NCBI GenBank assembly: GCA_002417825.1
Contig: DICX01000058.1
Span: 1 to 49,361, forward strand
Source of the DNA: Lactobacillus sp. UBA5815
GTDB taxonomy: Bacteria; Bacillota; Bacilli; Lactobacillales; Lactobacillaceae
Direction of reading: 5' to 3'
DNA: 49,361 nucleotides
Shown one piece after another: positions 10,124-19,742 of this stretch; the stretch's first letter is position 1; every line of letters begins with the position of its first letter. Below the pieces are notes generated by a model, which did not search any database, was not told where the DNA came from, and saw nothing but the letters and a program-made list of their open reading frames with translations. A program made the position numbers and the translations under genes.

Positions 10124-10931
10124 TGCGTACCACCCCGCGAATAATTTGTTTTCTGAAGATAAAGTAAATGACTAATATTGGCAACACAGTCAATGTTGCA
10201 GCAGCCAATTGCAACTCTGTCTCACTTCCTGCATCAGAAGCAAAGGCGGATAGTCCATTGTTCAACAGCCGCATGCTGTCCTCATTCGTCACCAATAACG
10301 GCCATAGGAAAGAATTCCATCCTGAGATAAAACTGAGCAGGCCTACTGTGAACAAACCACCCTTCGACATTGGAACCAAGATACGCCAAACATATTCCCA
10401 ATCAGAAGCACCATCGATCATTGCTGCTTTGTAAATCGTTGGCGATATTGCGCCAAAATAAGTCATCAAATAGTACATATAGAAAATCGACGTCAAGAAC
10501 GGCAATACGAGCCCGATATAAGTGTTCAAAAGACCCATGCGTGCGATCGTGTTATAATTCGTGAAAATAATCGCTTCGCCAGGGACCATCAGCAATGAAA
10601 GCATGATGACTTTGACGACAGCTTTTCCTTTAAATCGCAAATTAGTCAATGCAAACGCACCTAAGATCGAATTGAACAACGAAACGATCGTCGTGACAGA
10701 TGCGGTGATCAGCGTATTCAAGAAATATTTAGCAAAAGGGGCTTCTGCAAAAACTTTGCCATAATTTCCCCACTGTAAATGATGGGGAAAGAATGTCGGC
10801 GGAATCGTCGTCGTTTCTTGAAAGCTCATCAATCCGCCTAAAATCATATAAATAAATGGGAAAACGGTGATGATCGCAAAGATTCCAACAAAAAGATAGA
10901 CCAAGAGCAGTCCAAAATTTATTTTTTTCAT
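10107..10931 (-). CDS. Carbohydrate ABC transporter permease (UgpE/MalG-like)
   Basis: EAA loop KAAMIDGAS and WNSFLWPL; start at ATG 10931. Confidence 0.9.
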   Translation of the reverse strand: MKKINFGLLLVYLFVGIFAIITVFPFIYMILGGLMSFQETTTIPPTFFPHHLQWGNYGKVFAEAPFAKYFLNTLITASVTTIVSLFNSILGAFALTNLRFKGKAVVKVIMLSLLMVPGEAIIFTNYNTIARMGLLNTYIGLVLPFLTSIFYMYYLMTYFGAISPTIYKAAMIDGASDWEYVWRILVPMSKGGLFTVGLLSFISGWNSFLWPLLVTNEDSMRLLNNGLSAFASDAGSETELQLAAATLTVLPILVIYFIFRKQIIRGVVRNDLKA

Positions 10932-10932
10932 G

Positions 10933-11796
10933 TTACCGTCCAATCCGCTTCATCATTTTACGCTGTAAAAACGTCACGACTAAAATAATCAAGAACAAGA
11001 CCACTGTAGCTGCCATGGCAACGCCTGGCGTTCCGACCATTTGGAATTTATTATAAATATAGTAAACCGCCGTCGTCGCAGAATTACCGATACCAGCTTG
11101 TCCGTTGAACAATGCATAAACCTCTGTATAAATCTTGAACGCACCAATGATGTTCATCGTCAAAAGGAAGGCAATCGTTGGAACGAGTTGTGGCATCGTG
11201 ATCCGCCAAAATTTTTCATTTCCAGACGCGCCGTACATATCTGCCAATGTGTAGTAATTGGGGTCGATGTTGCGCAAAGCGCCCATCAGGATCACGATAT
11301 TGAAAGCTAAACTCGTCCAAATTCCAAACAAGATCAAGGTCGTCATGTTCATGCTGGGATCATCCAACCAGTTTGGTGCCGGGAAGTGAATCAACCGCAA
11401 TAAAAAATTCAGCATCCCATAATCGCCATTGAAGATATAGCGAAAAACGATTCCGATTGCGATGGTCGATGTCACATATGGCATGAAAAACATCGTCTCA
11501 AAAAAAGATTGGTGACGGATCTTTGAAAAAATCGACCAAGCCAGAAAGATCGAGATGACTAACGCAGACGGAACTGCGATCACGGCATAAAGCAGTGTGT
11601 TCTTCAATGCCCGCCAAAACTCAGGATCCGTAAAGATATATTGATAGTTGCTGACCCCTGTCCATTGCAGGTTGATCAGGGGACCACTTTGAAAACTCAT
11701 CCCCAACGCACGTAAAATCGGAAAGATACTGAATAAACTGACAAAAATAATCGTTGGTAGTAAATACAGCCAAGCTTTTTTGTTATTCGTTTTCAT
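10933..11796 (-). CDS. Carbohydrate ABC transporter permease (UgpA/MalF-like)
   Basis: EAA-like LADMYGAS and FWRITMPQL; ATG overlaps the upstream TGA (TGATG). Confidence 0.9.
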   Translation of the reverse strand: MKTNNKKAWLYLLPTIIFVSLFSIFPILRALGMSFQSGPLINLQWTGVSNYQYIFTDPEFWRALKNTLLYAVIAVPSALVISIFLAWSIFSKIRHQSFFETMFFMPYVTSTIAIGIVFRYIFNGDYGMLNFLLRLIHFPAPNWLDDPSMNMTTLILFGIWTSLAFNIVILMGALRNIDPNYYTLADMYGASGNEKFWRITMPQLVPTIAFLLTMNIIGAFKIYTEVYALFNGQAGIGNSATTAVYYIYNKFQMVGTPGVAMAATVVLFLIILVVTFLQRKMMKRIGR

Positions 11797-12893
11797 CAAT
11801 AAACGCGCTCCCCATTTGGCTTAAAAATAAAGACACGGTCAAGAGCCATTTTCAAATGAATGACATCACCATGATGAAGTTCCCTATCGCCTAAGCCGAT
11901 CAGAGACCGCGCTTGATGACCATCATGTGTAAATTTCAAGATACATTCACGACCGATCAACTCAACATCGTCGATCGTTTCCGTGAGCTGTCCATCTTCT
12001 TCGTCAACTGGCAGGATGTTTTCCGGACGGACCGATAACATATATTGACCGTCTTCAAGCGGCGACTTGAAACGATCTTCTGACAACAAGTTTTGATCAA
12101 ACGCAAAATCACTGCCTTTAACCGTTCCACCTTCAACCGTCACTTCAAAATTATCGATTACCGGATTGCCGATGAAATTGGCAACGAATTGATTGTTAGG
12201 CTCCAAATAAAAACGCTGACCGATGTCATCTTGTTGAACGATACCATTATTGAATAAGATGATCTTATCCCCGATGGAAAGCGCCTCTTCTTGATCATGT
12301 GTCACAAAAAGCGTCGTTATCCCGACTTTTTTGACTAAAGCTCGGATTTCTTCACGAATCTGAAGGCGAAGACGTGCATCCAAATTACTGAGCGGTTCAT
12401 CCATCAGTAGAATCTTTGGCTCTTGTACGAGTGCACGTGCAATCGCGACACGCTGCTGCTGCCCACCAGACAATCGTACAGGTCTTTGATCCGAAAAACG
12501 CATGATATCCGTCAATTTCATGTACCGCTCTGCAATCTCTTGCGCTTCCCGTTTATTCTTTTTATGCTCACCGACCGTCAACGGAAACATCACGTTTTGC
12601 AAGACAGTCATGTGCGGGTACAGCGCATAATTTTGAAAAACGTACCCGATATTGCGGTCTTTAGGTTCCGTATTGATAATTGACTTGCCGTCGAAACGGA
12701 TATCACCACTCGTCGGCTTCAATAAACCAGCAACCATGTTCAAAATCGTCGTCTTGCCACAACCACTTGGGCCAAGCAAACAAACCAGGTCACCCTTTTT
12801 AACGTTAAAAGAAACGGATTTAATAGCTTGGTAGCCGTTATCTTCGTAAACTTTCTGAAGATTATCGACTTCGATAAATTTTTCTTCGTTCAT
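11796..12893 (-). CDS. ABC transporter ATP-binding protein (MalK/UgpC-like)
   Basis: Walker A GPSGCGKT, signature LSGGQQQR, Walker B LLMDEP; start MNEEK at 12893. Confidence 0.93.
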   Translation of the reverse strand: MNEEKFIEVDNLQKVYEDNGYQAIKSVSFNVKKGDLVCLLGPSGCGKTTILNMVAGLLKPTSGDIRFDGKSIINTEPKDRNIGYVFQNYALYPHMTVLQNVMFPLTVGEHKKNKREAQEIAERYMKLTDIMRFSDQRPVRLSGGQQQRVAIARALVQEPKILLMDEPLSNLDARLRLQIREEIRALVKKVGITTLFVTHDQEEALSIGDKIILFNNGIVQQDDIGQRFYLEPNNQFVANFIGNPVIDNFEVTVEGGTVKGSDFAFDQNLLSEDRFKSPLEDGQYMLSVRPENILPVDEEDGQLTETIDDVELIGRECILKFTHDGHQARSLIGLGDRELHHGDVIHLKMALDRVFIFKPNGERVY

Positions 12894-13049
12894 TTGCCTC
12901 TCACCACAATACCTTGAAATCAGGACACACATCTTTTCAATAAAATTTTAGGCTATCCGACATGAAATCACAAATATAATTTTTCAATCCTTCTCGAAGA
13001 AAGCGCTAAAAAAGGTCTGATCAAAGAAATTTGGTCAGACCTTTTAAAA

Positions 13050-14483
13050 TCATAAATTATCACCACGCTCAAATTGATACTTCGAATTCATCAGCGTTTG
13101 CCGAACGAGATCGCTCATCAAGTGATCCGTTTGATCCAAGACCCATGAGGCGATTCGGTCGTTTTCCCGCGTCAAATAAGCCGTTAATTCAGCGGTTGAT
13201 TTTTCACCAGCTTGTGCATCGCACTGATCAACATGCTGGATGGCATGGCTTTGGCACAGTTCACGATAAGCATTCACCTGATTGATGAACTCATGATAAC
13301 GTGGCTCAACGAGGACTTGAAGCGTTTTGAAGCGCCAATAAGCACTTGCCTGCGGATCGACATAGTGATCTGCAACTTGATACGGTTGTGGCGTTTTCTC
13401 AATATTCGTATAAAAAGGCACGTATGGGCTGTAAGCATAAAAGCCAAAGTTCAGCCATTGAATCGCAGCAAATGATTCAGGGACATCATGGCGAATCTGC
13501 AAAATACAGCTGGACTGATTCCGGTCAAGCGCAATCGAACGGAATTTTTTTTGTTGCTTATCATCCCCAGAAGCATAAGTCCCAAAGGGATCATAAACCG
13601 TACCGTTATAGTGACTGCTCAAAAAGAACTGGACGTCTTCAATGGCCAATTTCTTTTCTGGATATTGAATAAAAGGAATATTTTGACTCGTTGGTGATTG
13701 CGAGACGCTCGGCGTGAACAACTTTTGACCATACCAAGAACGCGGTGTGTTGTAGTAGGCATCTGCTTCATCTTGTGTTCCGAAAATATTGCGGAAATTG
13801 AATCCTTTTAGATTGTTGTTCAAATGATGGTGAGATACGAAATCACGAAGCGTCGACGCAAACATAAAATGATCTGGATCATCAAAATCGATTTCTTCGA
13901 TACACATGATATTGGGTGCGATCGCATAGGCTTCATCAGGGATTCGTTGTGCGACCCATTGGTGACCAGCGCCAGTTTCAAGATACCAAACCTCATCGTG
14001 ATCACTAAAAGCGATTCCGTTTGATTCGCCTGTCCCATATTTTTCGATGAGTGCGCCTAACCGCTTGACACCTTCCCTAGCGGTCTTCACGAATGGCAAA
14101 ACCAAATAAAGCATGGCATCTTCATCAACACCATCTTTTACGAGAGGGTCATGTCCTAAACACCGTGCATTCGTCATTTCCGTCTCTGTCGCGCTCATCG
14201 CCACGTTGAATTCATTGATCCCTTGCTCGTCCCAACGCCCTTGACTGCGGTCAGCAGTAGGCGTTGACGTCCATCGACAGCCTTTTTCATGCAACGGGAC
14301 ACGAAGACCGTTATACTTTGAAACAAAAATTTCATCATAGGTCTTTGCAAGATGAACTAAAAACTGCTTTTCATTGATACCGTCATACCCATCTTCGTCT
14401 CTAGCGATGATCGTCGAGCCATCCAAAGTTGCTTTTTTCCCGATTAAAATCGCTGTACATGATGATAACCGCTTCTTCATCAT
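13050..14483 (-). CDS. pepD: C69-family dipeptidase
   Basis: N-terminal SCTAILIGKKATLDGSTIIARDED, plus GINEFNVAMSATET and YNTPRSW. Confidence 0.9.
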   Translation of the reverse strand: MMKKRLSSCTAILIGKKATLDGSTIIARDEDGYDGINEKQFLVHLAKTYDEIFVSKYNGLRVPLHEKGCRWTSTPTADRSQGRWDEQGINEFNVAMSATETEMTNARCLGHDPLVKDGVDEDAMLYLVLPFVKTAREGVKRLGALIEKYGTGESNGIAFSDHDEVWYLETGAGHQWVAQRIPDEAYAIAPNIMCIEEIDFDDPDHFMFASTLRDFVSHHHLNNNLKGFNFRNIFGTQDEADAYYNTPRSWYGQKLFTPSVSQSPTSQNIPFIQYPEKKLAIEDVQFFLSSHYNGTVYDPFGTYASGDDKQQKKFRSIALDRNQSSCILQIRHDVPESFAAIQWLNFGFYAYSPYVPFYTNIEKTPQPYQVADHYVDPQASAYWRFKTLQVLVEPRYHEFINQVNAYRELCQSHAIQHVDQCDAQAGEKSTAELTAYLTRENDRIASWVLDQTDHLMSDLVRQTLMNSKYQFERGDNL

Positions 14484-14503
14484 TTTCCCTCCATTAATAT
14501 ACT

Positions 14504-15442
14504 TTAATATGATACTTGAAAATTACGATCGACCCCAGCACGTCCAGTCGCATAATCGAATTGATACCCAGGTTGAACGTTGAACAAATAAACATTGAAA
14601 TCCAAACTGCCATCCGTTGAAATAGCTTGCAAATTGATGCCTCTCGCCATCAACTCGCTACCTCTAAAAATCGGTGTCGCTTGATAAATGATTTTTTTGT
14701 CTTCTCGCAAAGCCTGACGCACTTTTGCCTCAAATATCGTCTGAATCCGCTGATTCGAAAAAGCCGTTTGCGTGAATAAGTTTTTCATGTTGTTCTGATC
14801 TCCAGAAGGGTTGTTCGGATTGTATCGACCATCCTGATCGATCCCTGCTGAAACAGAATAAGCGATCATATGTCCACGATTATAGAGCTGTGTGCCATTA
14901 CGATGATTATAATGCCAACCCGTTGGTTCGATAGTCTGTCGAACACGAAGTTCATCGTTGGCAAGATTTCTGGCTTCTAAAAATGCAGTGTTGCTGCTGG
15001 AAGTTCGGTTCAATCGATCCAGATTGGAATAGATCACCCGATTGACCGTCCAAGCATTTCTGATCAGTGTCGAATGATCTTGATTAACCACGGTGTAAGC
15101 CGCGCCACCTGATTGAAACGTCAAGTTAGCCAAATATTGATAAGTGGTTTGATTCAAGCCACCATATGGCGTCGAAGCTGCTGGTGCTGATGCCGCTGCT
15201 TTTTGACTGCTGCTCTGCGACGATTTTGACGCACTAGTGGAAACTACTGATTTCGATGAAGCACGCGATTTGACTTGCAAATGTGAACGTGTCGATTCAT
15301 GCGATGCAGTTTTTGAATCATGGCCACCGCCACCACTGAATAAACTAAATATCCAAATAACTGCAACAAGACTCAACAGAAGGCTGAAACACCCTGAATT
15401 TTGTTTTGCGCGACGCTTTTGTCCTCGCGCCATTTCATCCAT
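14504..15442 (-). CDS. Membrane-anchored DNA/RNA non-specific endonuclease (EndA-like)
   Basis: N-terminal TM, Ser/Ala linker, NRGHMIAY (DRGH-type motif), NLFTQTAFSN and FNVYLFNVQPG. Confidence 0.85.
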   Translation of the reverse strand: MDEMARGQKRRAKQNSGCFSLLLSLVAVIWIFSLFSGGGGHDSKTASHESTRSHLQVKSRASSKSVVSTSASKSSQSSSQKAAASAPAASTPYGGLNQTTYQYLANLTFQSGGAAYTVVNQDHSTLIRNAWTVNRVIYSNLDRLNRTSSSNTAFLEARNLANDELRVRQTIEPTGWHYNHRNGTQLYNRGHMIAYSVSAGIDQDGRYNPNNPSGDQNNMKNLFTQTAFSNQRIQTIFEAKVRQALREDKKIIYQATPIFRGSELMARGINLQAISTDGSLDFNVYLFNVQPGYQFDYATGRAGVDRNFQVSY

Positions 15443-15554
15443 CTTCTTCCTAATGATCGTAATATCATTTTTTATTATACCGTGACAAAGACGTCATTGC
15501 CCAACTCAATCTTCAAATGCGGTATAGTTAATTTGAATTTACGAAGGAGGTTAA

Positions 15555-16382
15555 GTGATGAAAACAATACAACTCAACGATGGCAACACGATCCCGGCTT
15601 TAGGCTTCGGGACTTATAGTCTCAATGGATCAAACGGTGTCAACGCGATCACTGGTGCCTTGAACACAGGTTACCGTCTCATCGATTCTGCAGTCAACTA
15701 TGAAAATGAAGGTGCCGTCGGTGAAGCAATTCGGCGCAGCGGCCTTAAACGTAGCGAAATTTTTGTCACGTCCAAATTACCTGGACGTCATCATCACTAC
15801 GAGGAAGCAATCAATCAAATTCAAGAATCTCTCTACCGTACTGGTCTAGACTATTTTGATCTTTATTTGATCCATTGGCCAAATCCAAAAAGACAACTCT
15901 TTACGCAAGCTTGGCAAGCATTAGTCGATGCCAAAAAATTTGGTCTCGTGCGTTCGATCGGTGTTTCGAATTTTGAACCGGAACATATCGAAAAAATCGT
16001 AGATGCTACGGGTGTATGGCCAGCAGTCAACCAAGTCGAACTTCATCCATACTTTTCTAATGCACGGGTTCGCGCGTTTGATGATGAACACCAAGTCGTG
16101 ACGCAGGCATGGAGTCCACTAGGTCGTGGCGGTGAGATCTTTAAAGAACCGCTTCTTCAGCAATTGGCTGAAAAATATCACAAATCTGCAGCACAAGTTA
16201 TTTTGCGTTGGGAACTTCAACTAGGCGTCGGTGCGATTCCAAAAGCCAACTCATATGCACATCAAATCGGTAATCTTGATATTTTCGATTTTGAATTGAC
16301 GAATGATGAAGTTGCTTCACTAACCGCTTTGGATCGACCACGTAATGAAAGATTCAATCCATTGACACACGAAGAATTTTAA
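15555..16382 (+). CDS. Aldo/keto reductase (2,5-DKG reductase-like)
   Basis: GYRLIDSAVNYENE, DLYLIHWP, IGVSNF, NQVELHP and IPK motifs. Confidence 0.93.
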   Translation: MMKTIQLNDGNTIPALGFGTYSLNGSNGVNAITGALNTGYRLIDSAVNYENEGAVGEAIRRSGLKRSEIFVTSKLPGRHHHYEEAINQIQESLYRTGLDYFDLYLIHWPNPKRQLFTQAWQALVDAKKFGLVRSIGVSNFEPEHIEKIVDATGVWPAVNQVELHPYFSNARVRAFDDEHQVVTQAWSPLGRGGEIFKEPLLQQLAEKYHKSAAQVILRWELQLGVGAIPKANSYAHQIGNLDIFDFELTNDEVASLTALDRPRNERFNPLTHEEF

Positions 16383-16402
16383 AAATAACCATTTAAAGTT
16401 AT

Positions 16403-16433
16403 AAAAAAAGACGACATCATGTCGTCTTTTTTT
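16403..16433. terminator. Bidirectional intrinsic terminator
   Basis: AAAAAAAGACGACA-tca-TGTCGTCTTTTTTT. Confidence 0.85.
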
Positions 16434-17412
16434 AGTGCCTTGCCCACTCATCCAAGCGATTTAGGAAAAAACTTTGTGACCAGCAACGAACCCTTTGACC
16501 CTCTCGTTGCCTTTTTCTGACTTCAGTCAAAATCGGTGTACGGCGATCTGCAAAAAGTACGTCAGACAGCAAAACGAGATCCGTCTGATTGGTCAATTCA
16601 GGCTGAACCGTCGCACCCAAATGTGACAAAATCGTTTTGAATTCAAACTCAGGACAATAAAACGTTCCTTCAAAAACAACGCTTTTTCGCGCAACCGGAT
16701 CAAAAGCAAGTGCTGACACAGGTAACTCATCAGTCAACAGATCGACGTTTTTCAGGCTGTGCTGAATTTGCACCAGTTGTGCGCGATTCAGATGATTTTG
16801 CAGATAATCGTATACTTTTTTGGTGTCCAAACAGTCATCTAAACCGCGATGCTCTTGGCTTTCTGCAATATCCATACGCTTCATGCAATCGATAAGCCGG
16901 TTATGCCGTTCTTGCGGATAAAAGGCACGTGCCAACCGCAAAATATCAACATAATCGTTCGTCAGACGTGGCTGATGATAGGCTTCAGTCAAGTCATAAA
17001 CAAAATTCAAATCGAAATCGACGTTATAGCCAATGATGACATCTGCACCAATAAATGATCGAAAATCATGAATCGCACGATCGACAGGGACACCATCGGC
17101 TAATATTTTAGCAGCATCGATTCCGTTTAATCTCGTCAAAAAAGCTGGAACTTCATTTTTCCCGGGAAATTTCACCAACTCACTATACGTTGCGACCACT
17201 TCACCACCACGGACCTTCAAGCCTCCGAGTTCAGTGATACGGTCTCGAGAAGCAGACAAGCCAGTCGTTTCAACATCGATCAACGTATAATCAGTCAAAA
17301 AATCAGGTCGCTCAGTTCCCTTCGCCCGAATGCATGCCGCAACTTGTTCAGGCAAGTGAAGCACGCCATCTACGATCTTCATTGTCATTTGTCCTCCTAA
17401 TTGATAAAACAA
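16432..17412 (-). CDS. DEDDh 3'-5' exonuclease (DnaQ-like) with C-terminal BRCT-like domain
   Basis: DVETTG, GYNVDFD and HRGLDD motifs; C-terminal SVVFEG...LGATVQPELTNQTDLVL is BRCT-like. The true start is probably about 17388 (SD AGGAGG). Confidence 0.85.
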   Translation of the reverse strand: MFYQLGGQMTMKIVDGVLHLPEQVAACIRAKGTERPDFLTDYTLIDVETTGLSASRDRITELGGLKVRGGEVVATYSELVKFPGKNEVPAFLTRLNGIDAAKILADGVPVDRAIHDFRSFIGADVIIGYNVDFDLNFVYDLTEAYHQPRLTNDYVDILRLARAFYPQERHNRLIDCMKRMDIAESQEHRGLDDCLDTKKVYDYLQNHLNRAQLVQIQHSLKNVDLLTDELPVSALAFDPVARKSVVFEGTFYCPEFEFKTILSHLGATVQPELTNQTDLVLLSDVLFADRRTPILTEVRKRQREGQRVRCWSQSFFLNRLDEWARH

Positions 17413-17471
17413 AACAATATTTTAGCTTATCAAAAACAACTCAATTTTAACATTGCCATGACTGTCTCTTC

Positions 17472-18284
17472 TTATGACAAACGTGGCAACAATTCAGCTG
17501 GATCTATACGATCAAGTCTCATAGAACGAGCTTGAATCGATTCTGGGAGCGGATTCGCATCAAAAGTCACGTAATGCCACGACTTAAACTGTGAAACAAG
17601 ACCAGTGATTGGATCACGAAGCTGTGAGCCATTTTCATCTAGACCTAATGACAAAACCACGACACGTTTATCCTCATTTGCAGTTAAAAACCAGCGCAGT
17701 GCCATGTTGGTTTCACGGTCGGGCATGAAGCGCTCGTTTAATGCGACTCGAAGTTCCATCGGTTTTTGACAAACTGGACATTTAGGAATCAAATCCGCTG
17801 ACCGGTCTTTTGTTGCCTTGGCTAAAGCATGCGCGGCGGGAAGACTCGATTGAATGCCATGATTGATCCCGCTGCTACATTGCATCTGCGTCAAATCACC
17901 ACATAGATTGAACACATGAGCCGGATCGAATCCAGCATTTTCAAAAAAATGACCAAACGTATTCGTCATCACGAAATACGGTCGATGTGCGGTCAGTTTT
18001 TTCAATGCAGATAACGCAATTGGCGATTTTGCAGTTTGTGTTTTCAAAATCACGTCTCCCCAAAATCGCCACTTTTCAAAATGATCAGGAAATTTATAGG
18101 TCAACGCGTCTGCAAGCGTTTTGAAAGGATAGCGTTGTGACCATTCATGGTAATTTTGGGCAAACGCTCGTTGGTCAAAAAGGGCACCTTCTTGTGGTGC
18201 CACGCCGTTTCCAGCTGTGATCAACAAAGCATCTGCTTGGTTCAGCCAATGACGGACATCGCTCAATTCTGACATAAAAAACAA
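17472..18284 (-). CDS. Sir2/sirtuin-like protein with degenerate motifs
   Basis: ADALLITAGNG, YFVMTN, GDLTQMQCS and PKCPVC (Zn site). The layout resembles class M sirtuins. Confidence 0.7.
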   Translation of the reverse strand: MFFMSELSDVRHWLNQADALLITAGNGVAPQEGALFDQRAFAQNYHEWSQRYPFKTLADALTYKFPDHFEKWRFWGDVILKTQTAKSPIALSALKKLTAHRPYFVMTNTFGHFFENAGFDPAHVFNLCGDLTQMQCSSGINHGIQSSLPAAHALAKATKDRSADLIPKCPVCQKPMELRVALNERFMPDRETNMALRWFLTANEDKRVVVLSLGLDENGSQLRDPITGLVSQFKSWHYVTFDANPLPESIQARSMRLDRIDPAELLPRLS

Positions 18285-18296
18285 CCTCGATTCTTT

Positions 18297-19577
18297 CTAA
18301 CGATGCAGTGGGGTTTGATCCCGATTTTTACCATTTTTGGCATGGACACTTGCAATCGTGATCAGCGTTTTAGCTAGGAGCATCATATTTTCAACCGTGA
18401 CATATTCATAAGGACCGTGAAAATTGGCACCGCCATTGAACAAGTTAGGCGTTGGAATGCCCTTTTCAGTAATGAAATCACCATCAGTCCCACCACGAAA
18501 TGGCACGATACGCGGCTTGAGGCCTATCTGATGATAAGCTTCAAGGACTAAATTAACGACATAAGGCTTTTTGATTAAAGCTTCGCGTGGTGAATGATAT
18601 TGATCTCGGATCTTGAGTGAAACACGATCTTCACCCAATTCTTCATTGAGCTTCATGACGGCGTTATGAAGCAAAGCTTTCTTTTGGAGAAAACCTGCTG
18701 TATCGAAATCACGGATGATCAAGTCAACACGCGCATGATCCACGTTTCCTTGAACCGAAGTGACCAGCAAAAAGCCATCATATTCGCGGCTTTTTTCAGG
18801 GACTTCATCTTTGGGCAGCTGGTCCAAAAAACGATTGGCGATCATCGCAGCATTGACCATCAGACCATAAGCTTCTCCAGGATGAACGACGGTACCCTTG
18901 AACGTCACCGTTGCTTCCGCGGCATTGAAGGTTTCATAGGCGATGTCTCCCGGATCACCATTATCCAGCGTATACGCAAATTCAACAGGAAACCGTGCAG
19001 CTTTGAGGCGTGCTGCCCCTTTTCCAATCTCTTCATCAGGACCAAAAGCTACCCAAATATCACCATGCTGGTATTCAGGATGCTGAACCAAGCCGCGCAG
19101 CATCCCTAAAAGCCCAGCGATGCCTGCTTTGTCATCCGCTCCCAGAAGCGTGTCGCCTGAAGCTGTGATGACGGTTTGACCGATCACTTTTTTTAAAGAA
19201 GGAAACTGTCGTGGCGACAGAATGAAATTCTTTTCCGAATTCAGAACAAGATCTCGGCCATCATAGTTTGGAAAAACACGCGGAACGACATGCTGACTGG
19301 GAAAATCAGCCGTATCCACATGAGCGACAAAGCCGATCGGTGTCGTTTCTGAATCGCTTTCTGGAAGATTGGCAGGCAATTTCCCCACGACGTAAGCATC
19401 TTCAGTATCGTAACTCACTTGTTCCAATCCCAAGCGATCCAATTCTTGTTCGATCTGCTTCAATAAAACAACTTGACCTGACGAAGTCGGGACTTCGTCA
19501 CTTTCAGCGAAACTGTGCGTGTTAATTCGACAGTATGCTAAAAATTTTTCTGTGATATATTGACGATCCGTAATCAT
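18297..19577 (-). CDS. pepT: Peptidase T (M20B tripeptidase)
   Basis: AHVDT, LGADDKAG, PDEEIG, RGGTDG and NFHGPYE motifs. Confidence 0.93.
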   Translation of the reverse strand: MITDRQYITEKFLAYCRINTHSFAESDEVPTSSGQVVLLKQIEQELDRLGLEQVSYDTEDAYVVGKLPANLPESDSETTPIGFVAHVDTADFPSQHVVPRVFPNYDGRDLVLNSEKNFILSPRQFPSLKKVIGQTVITASGDTLLGADDKAGIAGLLGMLRGLVQHPEYQHGDIWVAFGPDEEIGKGAARLKAARFPVEFAYTLDNGDPGDIAYETFNAAEATVTFKGTVVHPGEAYGLMVNAAMIANRFLDQLPKDEVPEKSREYDGFLLVTSVQGNVDHARVDLIIRDFDTAGFLQKKALLHNAVMKLNEELGEDRVSLKIRDQYHSPREALIKKPYVVNLVLEAYHQIGLKPRIVPFRGGTDGDFITEKGIPTPNLFNGGANFHGPYEYVTVENMMLLAKTLITIASVHAKNGKNRDQTPLHR

Positions 19578-19644
19578 AAAACAGCCTCCTCTACAGGCAG
19601 AATCAAGCCTTGATCTATTTGATTATACGCTTGTCTGCAGGATG

Positions 19645-19684
19645 AAAAAAAGCTTTGACGTTTTCAATATGCGTCAAAGCTTTT
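19645..19684 (-). terminator. Intrinsic terminator after the disulfide oxidoreductase gene
   Basis: AAAAGCTTTGACG...CGTCAAAGCTTTT with an A-run on the + strand. Confidence 0.75.
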
Positions 19685-19742
19685 GTTTATTTTGTTTAGT
19701 ATATTTGGTGTTTCAAAAGTACCAAACTAAGAATCAAGCGAC

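Noticed and set aside
16432-18284. Sir2 plus nuclease as an anti-phage defence system
   Set aside because: The protein resembles Zn-binding class M sirtuins rather than defence SIR2 NADases. It sits among housekeeping genes with host-like composition and has no known defence partner.
19602-19614. ATCAAG-C-CTTGAT palindrome in the pepT leader
   Set aside because: Only 6-bp arms and no other support; could be chance.
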